A DNA stretch of 64,000 nucleotides, from assembly GCA_027078415.1 (NCBI GenBank), contig JALWYX010000034.1, positions 60,423-124,422 of the forward strand, in the 5' to 3' direction. The position numbers and the translations under genes were made by a program. Positions 40,960-51,386 of this stretch are shown here, one piece after another. The DNA is from Thermoanaerobaculia bacterium (GTDB lineage: Bacteria > Acidobacteriota > Thermoanaerobaculia > JALWYX01). The notes beneath the pieces were generated by a model. That model had not been told where the DNA came from, did not search any database, and worked only from the letters and a program-made list of their open reading frames with translations. How positions within the stretch are numbered: position 1 is the first letter of the stretch; each line of letters begins with the position of its first letter.

Positions 40960-42626
40960 TGTTCAAGACAACTCAAGATGCCACAGTAAAAAGACGATTC
41001 AGAAGAGTTTTTGTCTTCTTACGTAGAGTCATACTGTCGGTTTTTATATGGGACATACTTATACCGAGATTAAGACTTCATTTTCTCCGTAAAGATCCTA
41101 AAAAACGTTGGCAAAGACTAGCTCGCGAGTTCAGAGAACTAGCTGAAAAAGAAGGTGCTTTACTGATAAAACTGGGACAATTCTTAAGTACAAGGGTTGA
41201 TATATTACCTGTAGAAGTAACTTCAGAACTGCAGAAATTGCAAGATGAATTACCACCAGCACCCTTTGAAGAAATAAAAAAAATTATTACAGAAGAGTTT
41301 GGCAAAGAGAGGTTCGAACAGCTGTTCTCTAAAATAGATCCTAAAGTGCTAGGATCCGCATCTTTAGCTCAAGTGCATAAAGCGTATCTAAAAAACGGTG
41401 AAACAGTGGTGGTAAAAGTTTTAAGACCTAGAATAGAAGAACTAGTAACTACCGATTTAGCCGCTATAAAAAAAGCATTAAATTACCTTAAAAAATGGAA
41501 ATTCTTAACAAAAAGGGTAAACATAGACAAACTTTATAACGAGTTTGAGACAACTTCCTTAAAAGAACTTAACCTTATAGAAGAAGCAAAAAACCTATTA
41601 AAATTCAAAGAACTTTTTAAAGACAACCCCAAAGTAAAAATACCTGATGTAGATAGAATCAGAACTCGAAAGAAAGTTCTAACCTTAGAATACGTGGAAG
41701 GAATAAAAATAGACGATATAGAACAACTAGAAAAAACCAACGTAGACCTCTACGAAGTAGCAAAATTGTTTCAATCTTTACTGCTGGAACAGCTGTTTAT
41801 CCATAGATTTGTCCACGCAGATCCCCATCCTGGAAATATCCTAATCCAAGTAGATAACAGTGCTAGTAACAAATTCAAAATAGTATATTTAGATTTCGGT
41901 ATGATGGCGCATATACCCAAACATATATACAAGGCTATGGTTATGTATCTACAAGGTTTAGCTTACAAAGATGCTAGATTAATAGTTTCAGCTTATCTAG
42001 AGGCTAATATAGTACTCCCAGGTACAGACATACCTTCCCTTATAAGGGCACATCAGTTACTGCTAGACAAAGTATGGGGGATATCTGTGATAGAACTAAG
42101 CTCTATATCTTTCTCTATGATCAACGAACTCTTTAGAGAATACAGAGAGTTGATGTTATCTATGCCGCTTCAATATCCAACAGATTTACTGTACGCTTGG
42201 AGAGCAGTAGGAATAGTAGCAGGATTGACAGTAAAATTAGCACCAAACTTCAACCCATGGAACGAACTTATACCTTACGCGAAAATGACTGCAAACGTAG
42301 ATCCACTAGAAACCTGGGAAAATCTAAAAGAAGAACTGTATTTCTCTATGCTACACGGATGGAAAATTCCCAGAAAAGCTTACAACTTTTTTAAAGAGTG
42401 GGAACTTATAAACAAATCTAAGCCAGTAACTTTACACGAAATTAACAGGAAAATAGAGAGTATAGAAAACAATATTTCAAAACTTAACCTTTACCTTATA
42501 TCCCTTATTCTTCTCTCCTTATCACTTTTCCTAGACAACTATCCAACATTAGAAACAACTCTTACAACTCTAGCACTTGTTATAATTCTAAAAACAGTTT
42601 TAAAAAATTTAAACGTATTCAATTAG
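40959..42626 (+). CDS. ABC1/UbiB family atypical protein kinase with C-terminal TM region
   Basis: LGSASLAQVHKA (Lys region). HADPHPGNIL catalytic motif. DFG-like segment. C-terminal hydrophobic segment. Confidence 0.85.
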   Translation: MFKTTQDATVKRRFRRVFVFLRRVILSVFIWDILIPRLRLHFLRKDPKKRWQRLAREFRELAEKEGALLIKLGQFLSTRVDILPVEVTSELQKLQDELPPAPFEEIKKIITEEFGKERFEQLFSKIDPKVLGSASLAQVHKAYLKNGETVVVKVLRPRIEELVTTDLAAIKKALNYLKKWKFLTKRVNIDKLYNEFETTSLKELNLIEEAKNLLKFKELFKDNPKVKIPDVDRIRTRKKVLTLEYVEGIKIDDIEQLEKTNVDLYEVAKLFQSLLLEQLFIHRFVHADPHPGNILIQVDNSASNKFKIVYLDFGMMAHIPKHIYKAMVMYLQGLAYKDARLIVSAYLEANIVLPGTDIPSLIRAHQLLLDKVWGISVIELSSISFSMINELFREYRELMLSMPLQYPTDLLYAWRAVGIVAGLTVKLAPNFNPWNELIPYAKMTANVDPLETWENLKEELYFSMLHGWKIPRKAYNFFKEWELINKSKPVTLHEINRKIESIENNISKLNLYLISLILLSLSLFLDNYPTLETTLTTLALVIILKTVLKNLNVFN

Positions 42627-43073
42627 CAAAGTACTTTTAATACTAAAAATTTTGCACCTATTCTAGACACGCAACTTATGCGACAAAAATTCTCAACACA
42701 AATACAAAAAGTTTTTATACCTACTTATAAGAACTACTTATTCTAATAAATAACATAGAATGTGCAATCTACATTATACTTTTGCAAGCAAAATCCTTCT
42801 AAAAGCAATACTTTACAATAGTAAATGAGCAGTTACTTACACGAAATCCAATATATACCGCAATAGTTCCTTCCATACTTTACAGCACATAATAGATCAT
42901 CCAACACAAACAAATTTTAATAAGAAACAAATAACTACCACCTCAAGTCTTTCTTTATTAAAAAACTAAATCCTCGATAAACACGGATTTTTAGGTATTT
43001 TAAAAATTATCCAATACTTTAAGTAACTGGAAACTTACCGATAATGGGAATATATAAGTTGATTTTTACACCT

Positions 43074-44309
43074 TTATTTAGAACTCTTTGCATTACTTGT
43101 AAAAAAATTCTTTATTTTATCCCAAACACTCTTTGCTTTAAAAAATTTGCTGTTATAAACAGCTGACAACCTAGCTTCTAAGCAAAACTTATCCCATCCC
43201 AAAGACTCATACTCTTTGACAAGTTTCTCATATTGACTTCTATAATACTCAGCTTCTCTACTCTTTTCTCTTAGCTTTAGGTTCAATATATAAGTCAAAT
43301 AGCTACCTACATATCCTCCAACTATAGGAAACATCTCGTTTTCTACCTTAGCTACAATTAGGAATGGATCATCCAACGCTAAAGAATTTTTGGGTAATAA
43401 AAGACGAAACATTTTACTTTTTTCGATGCCTGTAAAAAGTATCACATCTTCTCTCCCTTCGTACAATCTGAAAGGAACATCAAATTTTTGTGTAACGAAA
43501 ATCAAATTTTTTATCTTTCCTCTACCTACTGTTATCCAACCGTCTATTATTAAGTTACCTTCTTCGTTTGTTTGCAGTTTCTCAACAAAATAGATCGGTT
43601 CAGGTAGTATATTAATTTCTCTTGGCTCTTTACTAACTACCCATAAATCCTGATACCCCCCTAAGGCACGTGGTATAAAATGGGCGTTACCGCCTAATGA
43701 TTTTATAAAATCCAATAAAAATCCATATTCAAACCAGGTGGTACCGTATTCATTGGGAGACAAGGACTCATCTTCGCTGTAAGGTTTGAAACAATACTTA
43801 CTCAACTTCTCTTGGCAACTAATTACATTATTTGTAGAAAAAACAAAAACACCGTTTTCAGCTAAAGAATTAACAATTTTTTCAATAGTATTTAATGCAA
43901 TTTCAGGTGGCAGATGAGTAAACAACGATATAGCTGTTACAAAACTTACCCTATCCATCCTAAGAGGTGGTATAGCGGTAGTAACACCAAAGGTACTTTT
44001 CTGGAAATCTAAAGCTTCCTCTTTTATATCAAGAGCTACAACTTTAAAACCTTCACCTATGAGAAAACGTGTAACTCTACCAAACCCTGAACCGTAATCT
44101 ATTATTTTTCTTTCGTTACATACAGATCGTGCAATGTAAGATAGGATTTTAGCTATGCAGTAGCCAGATCTAAGATACTCAAAAGCAGCTAAATCTTTTA
44201 CACCTATCTCCTTTAAATAAAAACGGTATATAGGATCTTGATGTGGTATAGTAAAGATACAGTTCATCAAACCAAATCTATTCCTAAACAACTCAACTAA
44301 AGTGCTCAT
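43074..44309 (-). CDS. SAM-dependent methyltransferase domain protein with unknown C-terminal domain
   Basis: Motif I DYGSGFGRVTRFL. Acidic residue LDIKEE. About 200-aa C-terminal extension of unknown function. Confidence 0.6.
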   Translation of the reverse strand: MSTLVELFRNRFGLMNCIFTIPHQDPIYRFYLKEIGVKDLAAFEYLRSGYCIAKILSYIARSVCNERKIIDYGSGFGRVTRFLIGEGFKVVALDIKEEALDFQKSTFGVTTAIPPLRMDRVSFVTAISLFTHLPPEIALNTIEKIVNSLAENGVFVFSTNNVISCQEKLSKYCFKPYSEDESLSPNEYGTTWFEYGFLLDFIKSLGGNAHFIPRALGGYQDLWVVSKEPREINILPEPIYFVEKLQTNEEGNLIIDGWITVGRGKIKNLIFVTQKFDVPFRLYEGREDVILFTGIEKSKMFRLLLPKNSLALDDPFLIVAKVENEMFPIVGGYVGSYLTYILNLKLREKSREAEYYRSQYEKLVKEYESLGWDKFCLEARLSAVYNSKFFKAKSVWDKIKNFFTSNAKSSK

Positions 44310-45102
44310 CTAACCATCCTTTTGTCATATATACAGCAACTAAAAATGCCCATGAAGATGCTATATAAGGGTTGTCTATTGAATAGTTATGATCACCAGT
44401 TAGTAAACTAACAGCTCTTAAAGTTTTACAAACAGATAATAATTCTTTTATCTCTTCTTCTGTTACAATTTGGTCATTTTTACAATAGAGGAGTAACCAG
44501 GGAACGTGAATTTTTCTAGCTTTTTCCACTACATTCAACTCTTCGTTTGCATAGAACAACTTATCTATCACTTCTTTATATAAAAACAACTTCTCACCGG
44601 TTGAGTCATCTCGCAAGCACAGTTTATTATCTTTTATTTTTTTATAGATCTCCTTCTTTTGCCATCTTACAAAAGTTGCTCCTGGCGACCATGTGACTAA
44701 TGCTTCTACGTTATATTCGCATGCCATAATAATTGCCAAACTACCTCCACCAGAGTGTCCAAACAGAATCACTTTTTCATTCAATTTGCTGAAATGCTCA
44801 ACAACTCGTCTAGCATCATAAAGATTATCCAGAATGGATGTCTTAGCAAAGATTTCCCTGTTTGTTATTCTGGTAGATCCAATACAATATCCCGTACCAC
44901 TGAAAGTAACTTGTACAGCTTGATATCCCCACATAGTAAAAAAAGTTGCTACTTGAGGGAAAAAACCCCACCATCCTGAACATCTGAACCCTGGAAGCAT
45001 TACAACTATACCTTTATAGGAGATATTTGGCACAGTACAATGCATAAGTATCTCGCCTCTGCTTCCCTTCAATTTACTGACGGTGTTACTATTTTTCACC
45101 AT
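44293..45102 (-). CDS. Alpha/beta hydrolase fold protein
   Basis: GHSGGGS nucleophile elbow (GxSxG). About 270 aa. 17-bp overlap with the downstream methyltransferase gene. Confidence 0.7.
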   Translation of the reverse strand: MVKNSNTVSKLKGSRGEILMHCTVPNISYKGIVVMLPGFRCSGWWGFFPQVATFFTMWGYQAVQVTFSGTGYCIGSTRITNREIFAKTSILDNLYDARRVVEHFSKLNEKVILFGHSGGGSLAIIMACEYNVEALVTWSPGATFVRWQKKEIYKKIKDNKLCLRDDSTGEKLFLYKEVIDKLFYANEELNVVEKARKIHVPWLLLYCKNDQIVTEEEIKELLSVCKTLRAVSLLTGDHNYSIDNPYIASSWAFLVAVYMTKGWLDEHFS

Positions 45103-45137
45103 CTGTGTACCGATTTGTTATAAAATCACAACTAACA

Positions 45138-45734
45138 ATGATTGAAGTAAACGATTTAAAACCACCTTTTTTTTTGGTAGCAACACCTGCGGTACTTGAT
45201 ACATTTTTTAAACATTCTGTAGTCTTAATGGTACATCATGACTCTGAGGGGAGTCTAGGATTTATAGTAAACAAGCCTACAAATATAGATTTATCCTTCG
45301 TTGTTAAAGACCTAGGAATATCTAACGGTTACAGTGGCATGGAGAAAATATTTTTTGGAGGCCCTGTTGCTCCTCAAACAGGTACTATAATATTTAGTTC
45401 CCCTAAAATACCGGAAGAAACCGGCTTAGCTGGACTTCCTATAGCACAGATATCTGAGCAGCTTTACCTAAGTCAAGATCGCTCTGTATTTGAAAAAATA
45501 TTTGTAGATCCTCCCGAAAACTTTATAGTACTGATGGGATATTCTGGGTGGGGTCCAGGACAGTTAGAATCTGAAATGTCTAGAAACGATTGGCTAATTG
45601 TCCCTTATAAAGATCACAAACTAGTATTCGATGGTAAAGAGGAAGAGACGTGGAAGAAAGCGATAGAAGAAATAGGTATAGATCCTCTAGGATTTGAATT
45701 ATGGGGCACCAGTGGTTCTCCAAGTACTCACTGA
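45138..45734 (+). CDS. YqgE/AlgH family protein (UPF0301)
   Basis: FLVATPAVLDTFFKHSVVLMVHHDSEGSLGFIVNKP matches the AlgH family. Start moved to the first ATG; the ORF-track start is GTG. Confidence 0.75.
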   Translation: MIEVNDLKPPFFLVATPAVLDTFFKHSVVLMVHHDSEGSLGFIVNKPTNIDLSFVVKDLGISNGYSGMEKIFFGGPVAPQTGTIIFSSPKIPEETGLAGLPIAQISEQLYLSQDRSVFEKIFVDPPENFIVLMGYSGWGPGQLESEMSRNDWLIVPYKDHKLVFDGKEEETWKKAIEEIGIDPLGFELWGTSGSPSTH

Positions 45735-46327
45735 CTCCAGATATACATCCAGTAGATAACCCATTAAAATTGTTCACTTCTCTATGGTACGGTGCTAAAA
45801 AGCTTGAAAAGTACGATCCAACCGCTGCAGCACTAGCTACCTCAGGTAAAAAAGGGCCAAGTGTCAGGATAGTACTTATAAAAGAGATTGTGGAAGAGGG
45901 AATTATATTTTACACGAATTACAACAGCAGAAAAGCGAAAGAGCTGCTTAGAGACCCTCGTTGCGCGCTGGTTTTATGGTGGCCTATTACAGGAATACAA
46001 ATAAGGATAGAAGGGAAGGCAGAAAAAATTGCTCCTGAACTTAACGATTCCTATTTTGTATCCCGTCCTAAAAGAAGTCAAGCAGCCGCTATAGTTTCAA
46101 AACAGAGCGAAATACTACACGACTATAACAACTTTGTACGTGAGGTAGAAAAAGTATATGAAGATATAAAAAATAAAGATATCAAAGCACCCTCCTATTG
46201 GGGAGGATTTGTAGTGATACCTGAGAGAATAGAGTTTTTCTACCATCACAGTTTCAGATTACATAAAAGATTCCTATACAGCAAAAGATCTGGAATTTGG
46301 CAATTTGAAGGAATGTTGTACCCTTAA
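45701..46327 (+). CDS. pdxH: Pyridoxamine 5'-phosphate oxidase
   Basis: RIVLIKEI...FYTNYNSRKAKEL...IEGKAEKI...SRPKRSQ...WGGFVVIPERIEFF, the classic PNPOx pattern. Confidence 0.85.
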   Translation: MGHQWFSKYSLTPDIHPVDNPLKLFTSLWYGAKKLEKYDPTAAALATSGKKGPSVRIVLIKEIVEEGIIFYTNYNSRKAKELLRDPRCALVLWWPITGIQIRIEGKAEKIAPELNDSYFVSRPKRSQAAAIVSKQSEILHDYNNFVREVEKVYEDIKNKDIKAPSYWGGFVVIPERIEFFYHHSFRLHKRFLYSKRSGIWQFEGMLYP

Positions 46328-47223
46328 ATCACCACACCCAAAGGTTTTCTTAAAACAATAATAAAAACTATCGTCCAAACGAAAAACACTATCAGCCAAT
46401 GAGTAGAAAAGAGATAAAAGTATCCTCCAAACAGAGAACTTCTATCTCCAAACTCTAGCAAAGGTATATACTTAGGCTCATAGTGTACTTTAACAAATCT
46501 AACAGGTACATTTTTTTCTATTGGGAACTCACTTGCATATAAAAGCATTTGACCTACATATAAACCAGGTTTAACAGTTGATAGAACGGCGTATTTATTA
46601 GGCAAATAGCTGATGCTTTTATCGATCTCATAAGGTCCCAACTTAATTTTTAAACCAAAAACTCCCTCTCTCTCAAACTCTACCCTAGTAAACAAAGTAT
46701 TACTTCGAGCCACCCATACCCAAGGAGTACCTTGCCTGATCCCTTCAGGTAAAACGAGAGATATTTCAGGTTTCCCTGTGGCAGGATCTAACTCTATCCC
46801 TGCAGCTTCCCAACCATCTTTAAGAACCACCTCTAAAGTAAGTTTTTTACCACTGAGATAGCCGTATCTTGAATCAAGATGAGGAAGCAAAAGCAGAAGA
46901 ATAGGAATTATAAAAATCATTGGAGGAAGGGAATAAAGTAAATACTTACCATTCGCTTTAAAAACGTTTAACTGTGCTCGCAATATTCTACTAAAGCTAT
47001 GATTATAAAGTCGCATTTCAAAAAGAGAAGCCCAGATAAGATCTTTAGTTTTCTCTAAAGCTTTTTGGTTGGAAGTCTTTTTAAAAATAATCAGCATAAC
47101 TCCAGATATAAAAGCAGTAAAAATCAGTAAAGTAACAAACGGAAACCTGCTAGCTAAAGGATCGTAAAGATACACAAAGCAGTACTCTACAATCAAATTT
47201 ATATAAGATAATACGGTTAGCAT
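46324..47223 (-). CDS. Hypothetical membrane protein (distal gene of the NPP operon)
   Basis: N-terminal and C-terminal TM helices with a large soluble middle. No motif recognised. Confidence 0.5.
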   Translation of the reverse strand: MLTVLSYINLIVEYCFVYLYDPLASRFPFVTLLIFTAFISGVMLIIFKKTSNQKALEKTKDLIWASLFEMRLYNHSFSRILRAQLNVFKANGKYLLYSLPPMIFIIPILLLLLPHLDSRYGYLSGKKLTLEVVLKDGWEAAGIELDPATGKPEISLVLPEGIRQGTPWVWVARSNTLFTRVEFEREGVFGLKIKLGPYEIDKSISYLPNKYAVLSTVKPGLYVGQMLLYASEFPIEKNVPVRFVKVHYEPKYIPLLEFGDRSSLFGGYFYLFSTHWLIVFFVWTIVFIIVLRKPLGVVI

Positions 47224-47421
47224 CTAAGATATATATCCCAACCCTTTTAATCTCTTCTTTATCTCTTCTTCGTCTTTAGCATCATCAAACTTGGCCAGTT
47301 CCTTTTCAAGTGCATGGGTAATAAACTCTTCCACCGACGCATAACCAGCCACCTCGGCTATTTTCTTTAATTTTTCAACAAGAGCTTTATCCAATTTAAC
47401 TTTCACTTTCCTACCGAACAT
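47224..47421 (-). CDS. Small ribbon-helix-helix (CopG/Arc-like) protein carrying the LGY C-terminal tail
   Basis: KVKVKLDKALVEKLKKIAE fits the RHH beta-alpha pattern. Ends ...EEEIKKRLKGLGYIS, matching the tails of S2, S4, S5 and NPP-C. Confidence 0.55.
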   Translation of the reverse strand: MFGRKVKVKLDKALVEKLKKIAEVAGYASVEEFITHALEKELAKFDDAKDEEEIKKRLKGLGYIS

Positions 47422-47423
47422 CT

Positions 47424-49346
47424 CTATTCACCTCCTCGTCTCTTATAAAGCGAGATTATAAAAGAAGACACTTCTTCCAAAGATTTGGGATACTCTTTCA
47501 TCTTTTTATTTGAAAAGAACACTCCAGGTACACTACCAGGATCCATACAATGATCTCCACTCCACTCATCCCTATTTATCTCTACCACTTCCTTACCAAA
47601 CCCTCCAATAGCAGTTTTATCGGAAGATCTATAGGTTTTAGCGTACCCAACTATCATATCTGGTCCTTTAGCAAGATACTCTCTATTAAACGTTCTCTCC
47701 GTTATATCGACTCTTGTAACAACTCGTTCTCCATTAAGAGGGTTCTCAAAAGCGAGTAACTTTTGCTTTATCTCTTCTAGAATCTTCATCTTCTCTTCGG
47801 GAGGAACTATACCGTGCTTTTCTCTACCTTTTACATTTATGTACAAACCGTTGAGACCTAAAGAGTAGGCCTTAGTTCCATTCCAATCTACATTAACAAA
47901 GTATCCGGGATCTCTAGCAAGAACGCTTTTATTTTTAACCTTTAGATAACCTTCCTCAAGCAACCAATTGTTAAGATTAACAGCGTACCTCCAACTGGTA
48001 AAACCGTGGTCAGAAAGGACTATCAAAGTATCATTCTCTTTCAAATTTTCCAACACAAACCCTATAAGTTCGTCAAACTTCCTGTAAAGGTCTGGAATAA
48101 CATGAGCATATTTACTATCTATTTTCTCGTTGTAAGCCGGATGTTCTGTATCTATAGCTCTCCACATTATATGAGATACCTGATCCAAGTTACCAAAGTA
48201 GTAAAAAAAGAAACCACCTTTAACTTGCGGCAAAATAATTTTGAACTGCTCTATAAGTTCATCTCCAGCGACCTTTGCTTGCTTTAAAAACTCATCTCGT
48301 GTAAATACACCTTCGGTTATAGCCTTGGTATCTTCAGGCATACCTTGCGTATAGAACCTACCTGTAACTCTCGCCAAATTTACAGAAAATTTCTCAGGTG
48401 TAGATATAGGTAAGATAGGATTGTAGGGATCGATGTTTACAGGTGAAGCGTAAAGCTCTAGCTCCGGACGCACGCTCCTTAAGTAAAAACGCACCATAGC
48501 AGGGAGCTTCTGGAGAGGAAGCAAATCAAAACTAAACGGAATCCACTCACTGAATTCACCAGGTTTAAGCACTACCGCAACGTTATCTATAACAACTGTA
48601 ACAACATCATCTATAGGATCTGGATATATAACAAATTTTTTCTTTACTGTAGGATCGTCTGTTAGTTCCGGGTCCAAAAAAGGATTTGGTGGACCGTAAA
48701 GATAAGCTTCTATTTTACCGTCCTCCTCGTAAACTTCGTATACCTCTCCTCCAGAGATCTCTTTACCTGCAAAAGCGAATAACCTAGTTGTATAAAAAGA
48801 GAAAGTTCCATAAGTACCAATCACATCGGGAGTCCCCATTCCCGATAACTCGAAAGAAGCAGTAGATGAAGGAGGAAAATTTGCAGGCATACGTAGTATA
48901 AAAGTCTTTATACCCGAGTTCTCAAGTTTTTCCCAAAATGGAACCCCATATCGTAGAAGTTCAACCTTACCAGAAGAGATAGGTAACCTGTATTTACCTA
49001 TAGAGAAATATTTACCCTCTACACTACGGCTAGTAGAAAGATAGGGAGTCATAGTATCAGGATTTCTATGGATAAAATCAAATATACCATGTCCACCAGG
49101 ATCTAGGCCGGTTATTACACTAGACCAAGCAACTGGGCTTTGAGGTGGAATTGAAGTAGCTAACGAAGAGAAACTACCCTCCTTAGCCAACCTCGCAAAA
49201 TTTGGCAGTTCACCAGTTTCCATAAGCTGCTTGGTTAAAGAATAATCCATACCATCAATTCCTATCACTATAACCCGTTTATATCTCTCCTTCACACAAC
49301 CAAAAATAACAAATAAGCAAGTAAAAAGAACGTACCTTCTTATCAT
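47424..49346 (-). CDS. NPP / type I phosphodiesterase-nucleotide pyrophosphatase-like lipoprotein (AP superfamily) A
   Basis: Lipobox IFGC. VIVIGIDGMD. SPVAWSSVITGLDPGGHGIFDF (NPP-like nucleophile loop). SDHGF. WSGDHCMD. Confidence 0.75.
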   Translation of the reverse strand: MIRRYVLFTCLFVIFGCVKERYKRVIVIGIDGMDYSLTKQLMETGELPNFARLAKEGSFSSLATSIPPQSPVAWSSVITGLDPGGHGIFDFIHRNPDTMTPYLSTSRSVEGKYFSIGKYRLPISSGKVELLRYGVPFWEKLENSGIKTFILRMPANFPPSSTASFELSGMGTPDVIGTYGTFSFYTTRLFAFAGKEISGGEVYEVYEEDGKIEAYLYGPPNPFLDPELTDDPTVKKKFVIYPDPIDDVVTVVIDNVAVVLKPGEFSEWIPFSFDLLPLQKLPAMVRFYLRSVRPELELYASPVNIDPYNPILPISTPEKFSVNLARVTGRFYTQGMPEDTKAITEGVFTRDEFLKQAKVAGDELIEQFKIILPQVKGGFFFYYFGNLDQVSHIMWRAIDTEHPAYNEKIDSKYAHVIPDLYRKFDELIGFVLENLKENDTLIVLSDHGFTSWRYAVNLNNWLLEEGYLKVKNKSVLARDPGYFVNVDWNGTKAYSLGLNGLYINVKGREKHGIVPPEEKMKILEEIKQKLLAFENPLNGERVVTRVDITERTFNREYLAKGPDMIVGYAKTYRSSDKTAIGGFGKEVVEINRDEWSGDHCMDPGSVPGVFFSNKKMKEYPKSLEEVSSFIISLYKRRGGE

Positions 49347-51343
49347 TGCTTCAACAAACTTTTACCATCTATAAACGCAGGAATAGGCACAGCGAACATA
49401 TCTAGTATAGTAGGAGCTAAATCGATTATATTGCACTCCTTACTCTGGAGTTTTAAATTTGTCAACATAATACCAGGAATAAGTTTAGGATCTATACAAT
49501 GATCACCGCTCCAGGCTTTCACATTATCTTCTACAATATCTCCTTTAACCACCCCTCTAGCACCATTCCAAGAAACACGGTAGCCTTTGTTATATCCAAC
49601 TATCAAATCTGGAGCATTATCAACATATCCACCCCAGTAACACTCGGAAGTATCGTAAACTTTGCTAATAACTTTCTCACCTTCATATTCTAAGTTCTCC
49701 AACTTCTTTATTATCTCTTTTTTGATCTTCTTAGCTTCATCTCCGGGATCTACTATTCCATGTGCTTCTCGACCTTTGATATTTAGATATATACCCGCTA
49801 ATCCAAGAGAGTAAGCAACCGTTCGAGACCAATCAACATCTCTAAGCCACTCCCTTTCACCGCTATATTTCTCTTTGACACACAGATAACCTTCCTGCAA
49901 CAGCCACGCGTTAAGGTTTATACCCTTTCTAAACGAGTTAAAGCCGTGATCTGAGATGACAAACACAAAATCCCCCTCCTTCATCTTTGCAAGGAGCTTA
50001 CCCAATATGCGGTCGTTATTACGGTATAACCTTTCTATAGCATCACTTTTTTTTCCTTTCGGATTTGCTGGATGATTATAATCTATATAACGCCAAAACA
50101 TATGTTGTATCCTATCGGTAGCATCGAAAACGGCAACCAATACTCCTTGATCCAAATCATCTAAAAGAGAAAAGAACTGCTCTTCTCTCTCTTTATCTAT
50201 ATCAAACACCATTTGCAAGAATGTATCGTCATCTATAACCTTCTCATTCAACGCCCAGGTATCCTCAGCTAAACCTAAAGTAGCGTATTTACCCAATTTA
50301 TAGCGTAAATAAGGAGCAAAATAATTTGGATGCGAAATAGGCATAGCAGGCCTTTCAGGATCTATATTCAAAGGAGTAGAGTAGAGAAATATATCATCTC
50401 CTTCCCTAAAGAAAAGAAGACGAGTTATCGCAGACACTTTAACACCGGGCAGAAGTCTATACCTAATATCAACCCATTCGCTCAACTTACCTTCCTTTAG
50501 AAACAGAGACTCCCTATTGAAATGTATGTAACAACCTTCATCGTACAGTTCTAACGTAAAAGGCAACTTAACCTCTTCTTGAGAGACCTTAAATATATTA
50601 GGTACTCCAGGAAACTCACCTCTGTACAAACCGTTCTTTACCTTTATAAGTCTCTTACGTATACCTCCTTCTTCAAATTTTCCATCTTCCTCGCTTGAGG
50701 AAAATAATATAAATGTACCCTGTGTTCCAAGAATATCAGGAACACTCATAGCGGAAAGTTCTACTCCAAAAAATTGATCCGGTGGAAAAGTAATAGGGAC
50801 CCTTAATATAGAACTCCATACACCGTACTCACCCAACGTTACCCAGAACGGCTTTGACTTACGCAACAATTTCAATTCAGGCTTACCTAGAGGAATCCTA
50901 TATTTTCCCACTCTTAAAAATCTACTAATATTACCTATTTTCGAAGAAGATATAACAGGAAGATAGCTCTTAGGATCTCTAGATAGAAAATCGTATATAT
51001 TATGTTTGCCCGGATTTGTTCCTGTGGAAAAGGAAGACCATGCAACAGGAGAAATAGCAGGTATGGTAGTCCCTAGTTCAACAAAACAACCTTCCTTAGC
51101 TAACTTAGAAAAATTGGGTAATATACCTTGATCCATAAATTTACGAGTAAGTTCAGGGTCTTGACCATCGAACCCTAAAACTATAACCCTTCTAGCTAAA
51201 GGTTTACCCTTTCTCTTTGGAAGGGTAAAATATCTATATAGTTTTTTAAATGGCCAGATAAGCAGCGACAAAATGGCAACTATGAGAGTTATAACAACCG
51301 CGAAAAGAGAAGAAACTAGGGCAAAGCCTGCCCCAGGTCCCAC
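49343..51343 (-). CDS. NPP / type I phosphodiesterase-like membrane-anchored protein B (start uncertain; ORF is open up to 51667)
   Basis: RVIVLGFDGQD. SPVAWSSFSTGTNPGKHNIYDF. SDHGF. WSGDHCID. One or two N-terminal TM helices. Candidate starts are GTG 51343 and ATG 51499/51559/51667; the longer forms overlap the divergent sulfotransferase gene. Confidence 0.65.
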   Translation of the reverse strand: MGPGAGFALVSSLFAVVITLIVAILSLLIWPFKKLYRYFTLPKRKGKPLARRVIVLGFDGQDPELTRKFMDQGILPNFSKLAKEGCFVELGTTIPAISPVAWSSFSTGTNPGKHNIYDFLSRDPKSYLPVISSSKIGNISRFLRVGKYRIPLGKPELKLLRKSKPFWVTLGEYGVWSSILRVPITFPPDQFFGVELSAMSVPDILGTQGTFILFSSSEEDGKFEEGGIRKRLIKVKNGLYRGEFPGVPNIFKVSQEEVKLPFTLELYDEGCYIHFNRESLFLKEGKLSEWVDIRYRLLPGVKVSAITRLLFFREGDDIFLYSTPLNIDPERPAMPISHPNYFAPYLRYKLGKYATLGLAEDTWALNEKVIDDDTFLQMVFDIDKEREEQFFSLLDDLDQGVLVAVFDATDRIQHMFWRYIDYNHPANPKGKKSDAIERLYRNNDRILGKLLAKMKEGDFVFVISDHGFNSFRKGINLNAWLLQEGYLCVKEKYSGEREWLRDVDWSRTVAYSLGLAGIYLNIKGREAHGIVDPGDEAKKIKKEIIKKLENLEYEGEKVISKVYDTSECYWGGYVDNAPDLIVGYNKGYRVSWNGARGVVKGDIVEDNVKAWSGDHCIDPKLIPGIMLTNLKLQSKECNIIDLAPTILDMFAVPIPAFIDGKSLLKQ

Positions 51344-51386
51344 GTAAGCAAAAGAAACGTTAGGAAAAAGGAGAAAAATAAACAAA

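Noticed and set aside
47224-47421. RHH protein as antitoxin of a toxin-antitoxin pair
   Set aside because: No toxin-like partner (RelE/ParE/PIN/MazF) is adjacent. The flanking genes are an NPP-like hydrolase and a 299-aa membrane protein.
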